DNA of 64,000 bases from Myxococcales bacterium SG8_38. Its GTDB lineage: Bacteria > Myxococcota_A > Polyangia > Polyangiales > Houyiibacteriaceae. The stretch is from the NCBI GenBank assembly GCA_001303415.1, contig LJTN01000029.1, positions 1,156 to 65,155 of the forward strand, given 5' to 3'. Below, one piece after another: positions 36,980 through 47,603 of the stretch (its first letter is position 1; each line of letters begins with the position of its first letter). A program made the position numbers and the translations under genes. Under the pieces are notes generated by a model. It had not been told where the DNA came from. It was given only the letters and a program-made list of their open reading frames with translations, and ran no database searches.

Positions 36980-39900
36980 ATGCAGCCCACCAAGCTACGC
37001 GGCGCGTGCACCCACAATCTGCGTTCGATCGACCTCGACATCGCGCCAGGCACCTACCTTGCCATCGTGGGTCCGTCGGGCGCAGGAAAGTCGTCCCTCG
37101 CCTTCGGCACGCTATACGCCGAGGGCCAGCGCCGCTACGTGGAGAGCTTCAGCGCGTACGCGCGCCAGTTCCTAGAGCGGCTCTCTAGGCCTCCGGTGGA
37201 AGAGCTCGACCCGGTGCCGGTCGGCATCGCGGTGGATCGCCAAGCGCCCGTCCGGACCAGCCGCTCGACGGTCGGCACCATGACCGAGATCGCGGACTAC
37301 GCGAAGCATCTGTGGGCCCACGCAGCCGAGCTTCACTGTCCGAGCTGCGGGCAGCTGGTCCACCGGGATGCGCCTACGCGAGCTGCCCAAAGCGTCGTGC
37401 GCGAGCTTCCGGGTCAAAAGCTGGTGGTGACCTATCCCGTCGCGGTGGCGGACCAGGAGCACTTCATCGGCGTTCGAGAGGGCCTGCTCAAGGAAGGCTA
37501 CCGGCGGGTCCGAGTGAAGGGAGAGGTCCGCGACCTGGACGAGGTCCGGCCGAGCGATGTCACCAACGGGCGCAGCGCTCTGGTCGACGTGGTGGCGGAC
37601 CGAACCACCGCGCGCCCCGGGGACCAAGCGCGTCTGGTCGAAGCGCTCGAGGATGCCATGCGCCGCGGCGGGGGGCGGGCGACCGTGTGGTCCATGGACG
37701 GCGCCGAGCTCGGGTTCTCCGAGGGGCTCCACTGTCCGACCTGCGACCGCTCCTTCCGTCGGGCGACCCCAGGCCTTTTCAGCTTCAACAGCCCCATAGG
37801 GGCCTGCGAGACCTGCCGTGGATTCGGACGAACGATCGAGATCGATCTCGACCGGGTGATTCCCGACTACGACCTCTCTCCAAACGAAGGGGCGATTCGC
37901 GCTTGGCAGGGCAAGGCAACCGCCTGGGAGCGCCGCGAGCTCAACAAGCACGCCAAAGCGGCCGGCATGCCGCTCGACCAGCCGCTGCGGCAGTGGACCC
38001 CAGCGCAGCTCGATTGGCTGATCGAAGGGGACGAGCTCGGCTATCCCAAGGGATGGTGGGGCATTCGAAGCTGGTTCAAGTGGATGGAGTCGCGCGCGTA
38101 CAAGATGCACGTGCGGGTCTTTCTTTCGAGGTACCGAAAGTACGAAACGTGCCGCGATTGCCGGGGCACTCGCCTCAAAGACGAAGCGCTGGCGTGGCAG
38201 ATCGACGGTCTCAGCCTGCCCGGCCTCTACGCGCTGCCGGCCAAACAGGCCCTTTCGTTCTTGAAACGGCAAGAGATGCGGTTTGCCGAAGATCCGGGCG
38301 CTGCCTTGCTGTGGCGCGAAGCGCTGGGGCGGCTCCAAGCGCTCCACGACGTCGGTCTCGGTTACCTCTCGCTCGATCGCACCTCGCGAACGCTCTCGGG
38401 CGGCGAGACCCAGCGCGTCGCGCTCACCAGCGCGCTGGGCGCCACGCTCAACGGGGCGATGTTCGTGCTCGACGAGCCGACCGTCGGGCTTCATCCACGT
38501 GACGTCGAGCGCTTGCTCGGTGTCGTCCGCGCGTTGTCCAAAGACGAGAACGTGGCAGTGGTCGTGGAGCATGACCGCGAGATGATCCTCGGAGCCGACC
38601 GAGTGGTCGAGCTCGGACCCGGCGCCGGGGCAAGCGGCGGACGGATCGTCTTCGACGGCACGCCGGCCGCGCTGCAAAAGGCACGTACGGCCACCGGGGC
38701 GGCCCTTGGCAGCAACGGTGCGTTTCGGCGCGTACGGCGGGAGCCCAAGGGCTGGATCGAGCTCGCTGCGGCCGCGGGACACAACCTGCGATCGATCGAC
38801 GTGTCGATACCGCTCGGCGTGATGACGTGCATCACCGGGGTGAGCGGATCGGGCAAGAGCAGTCTCGTTCTCGAAACCTTGCTGCCTGCCGTGCAGCAAC
38901 GGCTGGGCGACAAATCGGAGAACGCACCCCTGCAGCACGGGGGCCTCCGGGGTGCCGATTCGCTCGCAGGCGTTATCGGCGTCGACCAGGCCCCACTCGG
39001 TCGAACTTCGCGTGGGAACGCCGCGACGTATTTGAAGATTTGGGACTTGTTTCGAAAGCGCTTTGCCGACCAGCCATTGGCCAAGGAGCGGGGGTACAAA
39101 CCGGGTTTCTTCTCGTTCAACGTCCCGGGAGGCCGATGCGAGGCTTGCCGGGGCGATGGCGCCGAAACGGTGGAGATGCAGTTCTTGGCCGATGTGGTCT
39201 TCAGCTGTCCGGAGTGCCAAGGCCGCCGGTTCGTCGGTCCCGTTCTCGACGTGCGGTACCAAGGGCTTCACATCGCGGACGTCCTCGAACTGACCGCGCA
39301 CCAAGCAGCGGAGCGCTTCGCGGCGGACGGGCCGATCGTGCGCGCGCTCGAGCCCCTGGTCGAGGTAGGGCTCGGCTACCTGCGTCTCGGCCAGCCCCTC
39401 AACACGCTTTCGGGCGGTGAGGCGCAGCGACTCAAGCTCGCCGAAGCGCTGGTCCGCGCCCTGCCGGAATCCCTTCTGATCTTCGACGAGCCCACGGCGG
39501 GCCTCCACGCAAACGACGTGGCGCCGCTGATGGAGGTCTTCGACCGCTTGGTCGATCGGGGCGACACCGTCGTGGTCGTCGAGCACGACATGCAGGTGGC
39601 GGCCCATGCCGATCACGTCATCGACCTCGGGCCGGGAGCTGGCGAGGAAGGCGGGCGCATCGTGGCCCAAGGGCCGCCGGAAGCAGTCGCGCGGGCCAAG
39701 CGTTCTCAGAGCGCGCCGTATTTGGCGCGCGCGCTCGGAAGAACCGGCGCCGACAAACGTGCGAAACGTGCTGCAAAGCGCCAGGGCTCATCTGCTGGCA
39801 TCCGCGACATTCGAATCGCCGGCGCACGCGAGCACAACCTCAAGAACATCACCGTCCACATCCCGCGCGACCAGCTGGTGGTGCTCACCGGGCCCAGCGG

Positions 39901-42289
39901 AAGCGGCAAGAGCACGTTGGCGTTCGACGTGCTGTTCGCCGAGGGGCAGCGCCGCTATCTCGAAACGCTTTCGCCCTACGCGCGTCAATACATGCCGCAG
40001 CTCCCGCGTCCTTCGGTCGATCAGGTCGTGGGCGTTCCGCCGAGCGTATCGCTCGAGCAGCGACTCACGCGCGCCGGGGCGAACTCGACGGTGGCGACCG
40101 TGACCGAGGTGTCCCACTATCTTCGGCTGATCTGGGCTCGCATCGGAGTCCTGCACTGCGTGGATTGCGAGGTGCCGATCGCGGCGCGTTTGCCCTCCGA
40201 GCTGGCCAGGGATTTGAAGGAACGTTTCGGCGCGAAGCCCGTGACGTTGCTCGCGCCGGTGGTGCGCGGACGAAAAGGCATCCACCGCGAGCTGCTCGAC
40301 AAGGCTCGAAAGAAGGGCTTCACCGAGGCCCGCATCGACGGTGAGATCCGCAAGCTCGAGCCGGGATTGAAGCTCGATCGCTACGTCGAGCATGACGTCG
40401 AGCTGGTGGTGGGCCGCGCGCCGGCCAGAGCCCCCGAGCTCCCGCAGCTCCTCGAAGAGGCGTTGGCGGCGGGGGATGGTACCGCTTGGGCGCTCTGCGG
40501 CGACGAAGAGGCGCAGCTTTCGAGCAAGCGCGCGTGTCCGAGCTGCGGTCGCGGCTATCCAGAGCTCGACCCGCGATTCTTTTCGTTCAACACTCGCCAG
40601 GGCCAGTGCCCGGCGTGTGAAGGTCGCGGCGAGATCGTCAAAAAGAAGTGGCGAGGTCGCCGGAAGAAGCGCGACGTGCACAGGCGCGCGTGCGAGGAAT
40701 GCGGCCAGACCCGGCTTTCGCCGCTCGCGCGGGGCGTCACCGTCGGCGACATGTCGATCACCGACTTGTTCGAGCAAAGCGTTTCCGAAGCCGTGCACAC
40801 GCTGCAGAAGCTACGCCTGGAGGGTCGCGACGAAACGATCGCCAAGGCGCCGCTGCACGAAGCGCTCCGGCGCCTCTGGTTCCTCGAAGAAGTGGGGCTC
40901 GGTTATTTGGGCCTCGGGCGTGCAGCCGACACGTTGAGCGGCGGAGAGATGCAGCGCGTGCGGCTCGCCGCACAGCTCGGAAGCGGATTGACCGGGGTGC
41001 TCTATGTTCTCGACGAGCCCACGATTGGGTTGCACCCCCGCGACACGGGAAGGCTCCTCGGCGCCCTGCGCGGCCTGGTCGACCGAGGCAACTCCGTGCT
41101 CGTCGTGGAGCACGATGCCGACACCATCCGGGCAGCGGACCACGTCATCGACGTCGGTCCCGGCGGCGGGAAGCACGGCGGCCGGGTCGTGGCGCAGGGA
41201 CGGCTCGAGGCCCTCAAGGGGTCGGTCACGGGCGCAGCGCTCGGGCGTCCTCCCAAACTGCCTGCCCAACGGCGCCATACGAGAGACGCGGACTGGCTGG
41301 AGCTCACCGGGGTCGATCACCACAACTTGAAGAACGTCGACGTACGCCTCCCGCTCCGGCGGTTCGTCGCCGTGACCGGCGTCAGCGGCTCGGGCAAGAG
41401 CTCGTTGGTCCGCGAGGTCCTCTTGCGGGCGACGAGGGAGGCCGTCGGGATGGTCAACGACGCGCCGCCGGGGAGCTTTCGAGCCATCGCGGGATTCGAG
41501 CCTCTGAAGCGCGCCATCGAGATCGACCAGAGCCCCATCGGCCGCACGCCACGATCGGTTCCGGCCACGTACATCGGTATTTGGAACACCGTGCGACAGC
41601 TGTTGGCGGGAACCCCGGAAGCCCGGGCGCGTGGCTACACGGCGAGCCGCTTTTCGTTCAACGTCGAGGAAGGGCGGTGTCCGGAGTGCCAGGGACAGGG
41701 CTCCATTCACGTCGAGATGGCTTTTTTGCCCGACGTCGACGTTCCCTGCGAGACCTGCAATGGAATGCGGTTCACGCCGGAAACCTCGTCGGTCCGCTGG
41801 CAAGGGCTCAATGCCGGAGAGCTCCTTCAACTCGAGGTGACCGAGGCCGTCGAGGTGTTCGCACCCATCAAGGGGATTCGCGAGCCGCTAGAGCTCCTGG
41901 ATGAGCTAGGGCTCGGCTATCTGCACCTCGGGCAGCCGTCGAACACCCTGAGCGGGGGCGAGGCGCAGCGCATCAAGCTCGTGTCGGAGCTGGCGGTGGG
42001 GCTCAACACCGGCCCCACGCTCTACGTGATGGACGAGCCGACTACGGGGCTTCACCGCGACGACGTCGACCGATTGCTCGGCGTGCTCGATCGCTTGGTG
42101 GAGCGCGGCGACACGGTGGCTGTCATCGAGCATCATCCCGACGTGATGGTCGCAGCCGACTGGATCATCGACCTGGGACCGGAAGGGGGCGCGCAGGGCG
42201 GTCGCGTGATCGCGCAAGGCGCGCCCGAAACCATCGCCAAGCGCAAGCGCAGCCACACCGGCAAGATCCTTCGCCGCGAGCTCGGGTAG
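36980..42289 (+). CDS. Tandemly duplicated UvrA-like ABC ATPase (two complete UvrA-like units, four nucleotide-binding modules)
   Basis: Four Walker A motifs ([36 protein letters not shown]). Four ABC signatures ([32 protein letters not shown]). UvrA hallmarks occur twice ([33 protein letters not shown]...GRC..C.G.G). The units are joined by [21 protein letters not shown] near 39700-39790. Confidence 0.85.
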   Translation: MQPTKLRGACTHNLRSIDLDIAPGTYLAIVGPSGAGKSSLAFGTLYAEGQRRYVESFSAYARQFLERLSRPPVEELDPVPVGIAVDRQAPVRTSRSTVGTMTEIADYAKHLWAHAAELHCPSCGQLVHRDAPTRAAQSVVRELPGQKLVVTYPVAVADQEHFIGVREGLLKEGYRRVRVKGEVRDLDEVRPSDVTNGRSALVDVVADRTTARPGDQARLVEALEDAMRRGGGRATVWSMDGAELGFSEGLHCPTCDRSFRRATPGLFSFNSPIGACETCRGFGRTIEIDLDRVIPDYDLSPNEGAIRAWQGKATAWERRELNKHAKAAGMPLDQPLRQWTPAQLDWLIEGDELGYPKGWWGIRSWFKWMESRAYKMHVRVFLSRYRKYETCRDCRGTRLKDEALAWQIDGLSLPGLYALPAKQALSFLKRQEMRFAEDPGAALLWREALGRLQALHDVGLGYLSLDRTSRTLSGGETQRVALTSALGATLNGAMFVLDEPTVGLHPRDVERLLGVVRALSKDENVAVVVEHDREMILGADRVVELGPGAGASGGRIVFDGTPAALQKARTATGAALGSNGAFRRVRREPKGWIELAAAAGHNLRSIDVSIPLGVMTCITGVSGSGKSSLVLETLLPAVQQRLGDKSENAPLQHGGLRGADSLAGVIGVDQAPLGRTSRGNAATYLKIWDLFRKRFADQPLAKERGYKPGFFSFNVPGGRCEACRGDGAETVEMQFLADVVFSCPECQGRRFVGPVLDVRYQGLHIADVLELTAHQAAERFAADGPIVRALEPLVEVGLGYLRLGQPLNTLSGGEAQRLKLAEALVRALPESLLIFDEPTAGLHANDVAPLMEVFDRLVDRGDTVVVVEHDMQVAAHADHVIDLGPGAGEEGGRIVAQGPPEAVARAKRSQSAPYLARALGRTGADKRAKRAAKRQGSSAGIRDIRIAGAREHNLKNITVHIPRDQLVVLTGPSGSGKSTLAFDVLFAEGQRRYLETLSPYARQYMPQLPRPSVDQVVGVPPSVSLEQRLTRAGANSTVATVTEVSHYLRLIWARIGVLHCVDCEVPIAARLPSELARDLKERFGAKPVTLLAPVVRGRKGIHRELLDKARKKGFTEARIDGEIRKLEPGLKLDRYVEHDVELVVGRAPARAPELPQLLEEALAAGDGTAWALCGDEEAQLSSKRACPSCGRGYPELDPRFFSFNTRQGQCPACEGRGEIVKKKWRGRRKKRDVHRRACEECGQTRLSPLARGVTVGDMSITDLFEQSVSEAVHTLQKLRLEGRDETIAKAPLHEALRRLWFLEEVGLGYLGLGRAADTLSGGEMQRVRLAAQLGSGLTGVLYVLDEPTIGLHPRDTGRLLGALRGLVDRGNSVLVVEHDADTIRAADHVIDVGPGGGKHGGRVVAQGRLEALKGSVTGAALGRPPKLPAQRRHTRDADWLELTGVDHHNLKNVDVRLPLRRFVAVTGVSGSGKSSLVREVLLRATREAVGMVNDAPPGSFRAIAGFEPLKRAIEIDQSPIGRTPRSVPATYIGIWNTVRQLLAGTPEARARGYTASRFSFNVEEGRCPECQGQGSIHVEMAFLPDVDVPCETCNGMRFTPETSSVRWQGLNAGELLQLEVTEAVEVFAPIKGIREPLELLDELGLGYLHLGQPSNTLSGGEAQRIKLVSELAVGLNTGPTLYVMDEPTTGLHRDDVDRLLGVLDRLVERGDTVAVIEHHPDVMVAADWIIDLGPEGGAQGGRVIAQGAPETIAKRKRSHTGKILRRELG

Positions 42290-42312
42290 CGGGAACGAAG
42301 TAGGCCCGCCCC

Positions 42313-42786
42313 TCAGTGCGTGCCGAGCTCTTTGAGGTCCGGGCCGGCCCACAGCGGCACGGACAACCGTCGCTGAAGATCGGCGGCCGTCAGGCCATGC
42401 CGTATCTCGCGAACCCGCACGCCTTCCGCGGTGAAGTCGAACACCGCCACCGGACAAATGAGACGGGACACCCGGACCCCGCCGGAGCCGGTCGATCGAA
42501 TGAGCGACGACAGACCTTCGAGCCCGGTCGTGCTCAGCGCAATGACCGGACACGTGGCGCTCGGGGGAGCCTCGCTCGTATTCGCGCTTCCTTGCGGCGA
42601 GACCGCGCTCACCTCGACGAAGGCCACATCCGGAGAACGTGCGTGATCTTCGGCTTCCTCTGCTTCCACTGTGCGCCGCAGGAGCTGTGGCAGGCCTGCG
42701 CCGAACCAAGCCTCCTTCGATTCACATTCCTCAGCCGCGCGCCAGAGCAGGCGGTCGAGCTCAGCTGCGTGCGCGGGCGATGGCAT
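42313..42786 (-). CDS. Hypothetical protein with a weak CoA-transferase beta-subunit-like C-terminus
   Basis: I chose ATG 42786 (MPSPAHAAELD...). The tail ICPVAVFDFTAEGVRVREIRHGLTAADLQRRLSVPL resembles the ..AVFD....G..L.E..PG.T.E.. ending of family I CoA-transferase B subunits. At 157 aa it is too short for a full subunit. It overlaps the 3' end of carA by 26 nt. Confidence 0.3.
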   Translation of the reverse strand: MPSPAHAAELDRLLWRAAEECESKEAWFGAGLPQLLRRTVEAEEAEDHARSPDVAFVEVSAVSPQGSANTSEAPPSATCPVIALSTTGLEGLSSLIRSTGSGGVRVSRLICPVAVFDFTAEGVRVREIRHGLTAADLQRRLSVPLWAGPDLKELGTH

Positions 42787-43873
42787 CGGTGAAGCGTCGG
42801 AACAGATACCGCGAATCGTGAGGCCCCGCAGCCGCCTCTGGGTGATATTGGACGCTGAACGCCCCCGTCTCGAGATGCTCGATTCCTTCGCAGGTGCCAT
42901 CGTTGAGATGAAGATGCGTGAGCTCGCACTTGCCCATCAGCGAGTCGACGTCGACGCAGAATCCGTGATTCTGGGTCGTGATCTCGATGCGTCCCGTCTT
43001 GAGATCCTTGACTGGTTGATTGAGGCCGCGGTGCCCGAACTTCAGCTTGTAGCTTTCGCCGCCTAGCGCCAGGCTCAATAGCTGATGGCCGAGGCAAATA
43101 CCGAACATCGGCCGCTGACCAAGAAGCTCTCGCACGGTTGCAATGCCAGATGAAACCGCAGCTGGGTCTCCCGGACCGTTTGACAAGAAGATGCCATCGG
43201 GGTCGAGGGCCAGCACCTCTTTCGCGGTCGTGCTTGCAGGCACCACGGTGACCCTACACCCCTCATCGATCAGGCATCTCAAGATGTTCCGCTTGATGCC
43301 GAAATCCATCGCCACCACGCGCCACGAACGCGCATTGTCGCGCGGCTCCGACCACATGCCGCTGCCCTCGGTCCATTCGTACGCCTCCGGCGTCGTCACC
43401 TCGCCCGTCAGATTCTGGCCGACCATCGAAGGAGCCGCCTTGGCCCGATCGTGCAGCGAGGCAGGGTCTTCCGTGCCCACCGCCGCCATTTTCGCCCCGA
43501 CGTCTCGGATGTGCCGTGTCAACGATCGGGTGTCGATACCCGAGATGCCGACGATCCCGTGACGCTTCAAATACGCGTCGAGCGACTCCTTGGCGCGCCA
43601 GTTGCTCTCCACGGCCGATAGCTCGCGCACGACGAAGCCACGGAGCGCCGGACGCCTCGCTTCGCTGTCTTCGAGGGTGATTCCCGTGTTCCCGATCTGT
43701 GGGGCCGTCATCGTGACGATTTGCCCGCAATAGGAGGGATCGGTGAGCACCTCTTCGTAACCGGTCATGCCTGTCGTGAATACGGCCTCGCCGGTGGCGG
43801 CGCCCTCTGCGCCAAAGCTCTCACCCACGAAACGTGTCCCATCTGCGAGTACCAGATTTGCTTGCTTGTTCAT
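42761..43873 (-). CDS. carA: Carbamoyl-phosphate synthase small (glutamine amidotransferase) subunit
   Basis: FTTGMTGYEEVLTDPSYCGQIV, the GATase active site FGICLGHQLL, and HGFCVD. Confidence 0.95.
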   Translation of the reverse strand: MNKQANLVLADGTRFVGESFGAEGAATGEAVFTTGMTGYEEVLTDPSYCGQIVTMTAPQIGNTGITLEDSEARRPALRGFVVRELSAVESNWRAKESLDAYLKRHGIVGISGIDTRSLTRHIRDVGAKMAAVGTEDPASLHDRAKAAPSMVGQNLTGEVTTPEAYEWTEGSGMWSEPRDNARSWRVVAMDFGIKRNILRCLIDEGCRVTVVPASTTAKEVLALDPDGIFLSNGPGDPAAVSSGIATVRELLGQRPMFGICLGHQLLSLALGGESYKLKFGHRGLNQPVKDLKTGRIEITTQNHGFCVDVDSLMGKCELTHLHLNDGTCEGIEHLETGAFSVQYHPEAAAGPHDSRYLFRRFTDAIARARS

Positions 43874-45174
43874 CTTTCGAGCTCGTGCACGACTTGCCCT
43901 CCGACGATGGTCAACGAGGGCCTGCCCATCAGCTCACGGCCGAGCAACGGTGTGTTGTGTGACTTGGAGCGTAGCGCTTCTTGGTCGAGAATCCATCGGA
44001 CCTCCGGATCGAGCACCGTCAGATCGGCCCGCTTGCCCTCACGCAGCGACCCGCCGTCGAAATCAGGGATGAGCCGGGCAGGGGCTGTGGAGAGCGCCTC
44101 GACCATGCGCATCGGCCGCAGGGCTCCATCCCGAACCAGCTGAAGCATCGATGCGACGGCGCTCTCGAGACCATTGATACCTACGGAGGCGGCCTCGAAC
44201 TCACAGTCCTTTTCGAGATCGCTGTGAGGCGCATGATCGGTCGCGATGCAATCGATGGTGCCATCGGCAAGCGCCTGCCGCAGGGCTTCGCGGTCTTCAT
44301 CTTCGCGTAGAGGGGGGTTGACCTTGCAATAGGTGTCGTAGCTCAGCAAAGCCTCGTCCGTGAAGAGCAGATGATGCGGAGTGACCTCGGCCGAGACGCG
44401 AAGGCCCCGCGACTTGGCTTCCCGAAGCAGACGGACTGCGCCGAAGCTCGAAATGTGGGCCACGTGGTATCGAGCGCCCGTGGCCTCCGCCAGGATTAGA
44501 TCGCGCGCCACGATGATGTCCTCGGCCGCCCGCGGCCAGCCTCGTAGGCCGAGTTGTGTCGAACGCGCTCCTTCGTGCATCTGCGCGCCTTCGGTCAAGT
44601 GGTGGTCTTCGCAGTGTTGGGTGACCAGTAGATCGAAGGTGCGTGCATACTCCAGCGCGTGGCGCATCACGGCCGCGTTCATCACGCAACGTCCGTCGTC
44701 ACTCACGCCGACGGCGCCGGCGTCGCGGAGATCGGCCATCTCGGTCAGCTCTGAGCCTCTTTGCCCCCGCGTGACTGCACCGAAAGGCAAGAGCCGCACA
44801 CCGCCATGCTCCTCAGCGCGGGCGATCATCATTTCCGTGATCGCGCGCGTGTCGTTGACCGGCTTGGTATTGGGCATCGGGCAAACGGCCGTGAAGCCAC
44901 CCGCAGCGGCCGCATCGAGACCTGAAGCGATGTCCTCCTTGTATTCCTGCCCGGGCTCGCGCAGATGGACATGCAGATCGATGAAGCCGGGACACACCCA
45001 ATGGCCCGAGACGTCGACGATTCGTACCTGCTCGCTCGCGGTGTAGGACGCGCCCGCGCCGGAGCCAACGCTTCTGATCCGTCCCGATTCGATCACGACG
45101 TCGGCGGTTTCGTCGAGCCCTTGCGATGGATCGAGAACACGCCCGCCCCGGAGGACGATCAGCTGGCTCACCAT
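43870..45174 (-). CDS. pyrC: Dihydroorotase
   Basis: GFIDLHVHLREPG, VTQHCED, HVAHISS and DHAPH. ATGA overlap with carA. Confidence 0.9.
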   Translation of the reverse strand: MVSQLIVLRGGRVLDPSQGLDETADVVIESGRIRSVGSGAGASYTASEQVRIVDVSGHWVCPGFIDLHVHLREPGQEYKEDIASGLDAAAAGGFTAVCPMPNTKPVNDTRAITEMMIARAEEHGGVRLLPFGAVTRGQRGSELTEMADLRDAGAVGVSDDGRCVMNAAVMRHALEYARTFDLLVTQHCEDHHLTEGAQMHEGARSTQLGLRGWPRAAEDIIVARDLILAEATGARYHVAHISSFGAVRLLREAKSRGLRVSAEVTPHHLLFTDEALLSYDTYCKVNPPLREDEDREALRQALADGTIDCIATDHAPHSDLEKDCEFEAASVGINGLESAVASMLQLVRDGALRPMRMVEALSTAPARLIPDFDGGSLREGKRADLTVLDPEVRWILDQEALRSKSHNTPLLGRELMGRPSLTIVGGQVVHELER

Positions 45175-45217
45175 ATCCGTCCGCGCTTACGTGACGGACG
45201 CGAGGCAGTCAACCCGG

Positions 45218-45454
45218 TTAGCCGGCCTTGCGTTGCAGGTCATCGTCGGCGGCTGCGACGGTGCCTACCGAGGAAGTTTTCGCTTCTGCTTTCTTCTCCT
45301 CGACGCGCTTCTTCATCGTCATCACTTTCCGATAGACCGATGCGAAGTCTTTGTTGCGGGTGGCCATCGAGGGCGTGCCGCCTCGCAGTAGGGTTTGCAG
45401 GATGAATTCGAGAACTTGGATCTCGCCTTCGGAGAAACTGTTGCTGATGCGCAT
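45218..45454 (-). CDS. Small hypothetical protein (78 aa)
   Basis: MRISNSFSEGEIQVLEFILQTLLRGGTPSMATRNKDF...KKRVEEKKAEAK. Good GC3 bias. It lies between pilB and pyrC on the same strand. No family recognised. Confidence 0.4.
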   Translation of the reverse strand: MRISNSFSEGEIQVLEFILQTLLRGGTPSMATRNKDFASVYRKVMTMKKRVEEKKAEAKTSSVGTVAAADDDLQRKAG

Positions 45455-45671
45455 GGATCGGATCTACCACCGGGGGCTCTAGATGACAATCCGTGACTTG
45501 CAACGTAGTGCCACGAGATGTCATGCACTTTCGAGCTTCTCCTCTGACACGGCGGAATCAATAGCAATTCTGCGGTCACCAATAAAATGATAGACGATCG
45601 CGGCCTTCGACCCCGGGCCCCGTCCGCTGTTGACAAAGGCGCTCGCGTCAACCTCTACTGCGCCGCCCGGC

Positions 45672-47375
45672 TCACTTATCCGCGGCCGTCACGCGGACGA
45701 CCTCGTCGATCGTCGTGACGCCCTGAAGGACCTTGTTGAGGCCCGCCATGCGGAGGGTAGAAACACCCTCGCGAATCATTTCGTCCTTGAGCTCCGCCGT
45801 GGAGCCGCCCTGTAGAACGATCTCGCGGAGCCGCTCCGAAAACGGCATGACCTCATAGAGGGCGACGCGGCCCTTGTAGCCTGTGTCGTTGCAGACTTTG
45901 CAGCCGGTGCCGCGGAATGCGACCACGTTGGGAATTTCGCTCTCGGGAAAGCCTACGTCGAGCAGCACCTGCTCGTCGGTCGGAACTTGCACCTTGCACT
46001 CCTGGCAGATCTTGCGCGCCAGACGCTGGGCCAAGACCAAGTTCACCGACGCGGTCACCAAGAACGGCTCGATGCCCATGTTGAGCAAGCGCGTCACGGT
46101 GCTCGGCGCATCGTTGGTGTGGAGCGTCGACAAGACCAAGTGACCCGTCAAGGCTGCCTTGACCGCGATCTCCGCGGTTTCGAAGTCTCGAATCTCACCG
46201 ACCATGATGATGTCCGGGTCTTGCCGGAGGAACGAACGAAGCGCAGCCGCGAAATTCAAGCCGATGTCCTCGTGCATCTGGACCTGATTGATACCCATGA
46301 GATTGAACTCGATGGGATCCTCGGCCGTGCTGATGTTGGTCTCGACGCTATTCAGATCGGACAAGGCGGAATACAGCGTGGTCGTCTTACCGGAACCGGT
46401 CGGACCGGTGACCAACACCATGCCGTAGGGCTGGTGGATCGCGTCACGGAAATCGGAGAGCGGCTTGTGCTCGAAGCCCAACTTGGTCATGTCGAGCTGC
46501 AGGTTCGACTTGTCTAGAAGACGAAGGACGATCTTCTCGCCCCACAGTGTCGGAACGGCCGAGACGCGATAGTCCATCTCGCGGCCCTTTCCGAGCTTGA
46601 GCTTGATGCGCCCGTCCTGCGGCAAACGGCGCTCGGCGATGTCCAGAGACGACATGATTTTGAGACGGGACGCAATGGCATTCTTGAGCTTGATCGGAGG
46701 CGTCATCTCCTCGTGAAGGACGCCGTCGACGCGGTATCGAACACGCAAGACGCGTTCGTAGGGCTCGACGTGGATGTCGGAAGCGCCTTGCTTGATCGCA
46801 TTCAAGAGAATCGCGTTGCACAAGCGGACGACCGGCGCATCTTCGCTCGCTCTTTCCAGATCTAGAATGCTCTCGTCGTCTTCATCGATGGCGACTTCGA
46901 TCTCCGACTCGTCGAAGCCCTCCATGATGTCTTCGTAGGAAATCTCCGGCTGCGCATACGCTCTTTCGAGCGCGGCCATGATCGCGGTCTCCGACGAAAC
47001 GACTGGCTCCACGTTGTAACCGGTGAGGAACTTCACGTCATCGATCGCGTTGAGGTTGGAAGGGTCCGCCATCGCCACGATGAGCGAGCTGCCCGCGCGC
47101 GAAACCGGAATGATCTTGTGTCGCTCGCACACCTGCGGGCTGATGAGCTTGAGTATCTCGCGGTCGATTTCGTACTCGGACAGGTCGATCGCCTGAACCC
47201 GATACTGCTCGCTCAGAAAGTCGGTGATCTCTTGATCGGAGATGGCCCCCAAACGGGCAAGCGCGTAGCCGAGGCTGACGTTGTCGTCCTTCTGATGCTT
47301 CTGCGCCTCGCGCAATTGCTCGAGGCTGATCCGCTTTTCACGTACCAGAAGCTCGCCTAGTCGATTTCTGCTCAT
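45672..47375 (-). CDS. pilB: Type IV pilus assembly ATPase PilB (GspE/PilB family with N-terminal T2SSE_N domain)
   Basis: The N-terminus is LGELLVREKRISLEQLREAQ. Walker A is VTGPTGSGKTTT. Also present are the Asp box, RQDPDIIMVGEIRD and the tetracysteine motif (CQECK...CKVC). ATG 47375 was chosen, and GTG 47396 is also possible. Confidence 0.9.
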   Translation of the reverse strand: MSRNRLGELLVREKRISLEQLREAQKHQKDDNVSLGYALARLGAISDQEITDFLSEQYRVQAIDLSEYEIDREILKLISPQVCERHKIIPVSRAGSSLIVAMADPSNLNAIDDVKFLTGYNVEPVVSSETAIMAALERAYAQPEISYEDIMEGFDESEIEVAIDEDDESILDLERASEDAPVVRLCNAILLNAIKQGASDIHVEPYERVLRVRYRVDGVLHEEMTPPIKLKNAIASRLKIMSSLDIAERRLPQDGRIKLKLGKGREMDYRVSAVPTLWGEKIVLRLLDKSNLQLDMTKLGFEHKPLSDFRDAIHQPYGMVLVTGPTGSGKTTTLYSALSDLNSVETNISTAEDPIEFNLMGINQVQMHEDIGLNFAAALRSFLRQDPDIIMVGEIRDFETAEIAVKAALTGHLVLSTLHTNDAPSTVTRLLNMGIEPFLVTASVNLVLAQRLARKICQECKVQVPTDEQVLLDVGFPESEIPNVVAFRGTGCKVCNDTGYKGRVALYEVMPFSERLREIVLQGGSTAELKDEMIREGVSTLRMAGLNKVLQGVTTIDEVVRVTAADK

Positions 47376-47412
47376 GCTCGTGACATCCCCCACCAAGATC
47401 CAGCCTTAGTAT

Positions 47413-47441
47413 ATTTATTCATAGAATCAGGCCAAGCTCAA
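47413..47441 (-). promoter_or_regulatory. Candidate sigma70-type promoter for pilB (TTGAGC-N17-ATAAAT on the minus strand)
   Basis: The -35 is the complement of 47436-47441 and the -10 is the complement of 47413-47418, within a locally AT-rich stretch. Confidence 0.3.
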
Positions 47442-47603
47442 GTCTCATTGGGGCTAGCCGGGCTCTGAACAGCATAGCGGAGCAGCTGGAAGAGCCGGAA
47501 TTATGAGAAGAAGCGAACCGCTGGCAAACCCATCCGGGGCCCTCCCCAATTTCTCCTGCGTTTTTGGGCTGTTCCAAAACGGGCAGGTCAGCCTTGGCTT
47601 GCC

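Noticed and set aside
37172-39670. 832-aa ORF antisense to the UvrA-like gene. Similar antisense ORFs lie at 39788..40798 and 40811..41830.
   Set aside because: It lies entirely antisense to a gene with unmistakable UvrA motifs. The translation is Arg/Gly/Pro-rich with no recognisable motifs. Long stop-free antisense frames are expected at this GC content.
45498-45513. Sigma54-like motif TGGCAC-TACG-TTGCA on the minus strand, about 45 nt upstream of the 78-aa ORF.
   Set aside because: Both half-sites are perfect, but the spacer is 4 nt instead of 5 (GG-N9-GC). Sigma54 promoters are known to be intolerant of spacing changes. I therefore do not call it a promoter, though it may merit a PWM scan.
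45600-45671. Possible terminator after pilB (GTTGAC-N12-GTCAAC dyad on the minus strand).
   Set aside because: It has only a 6-bp stem, a 12-nt loop and no U-tract, which is not convincing.
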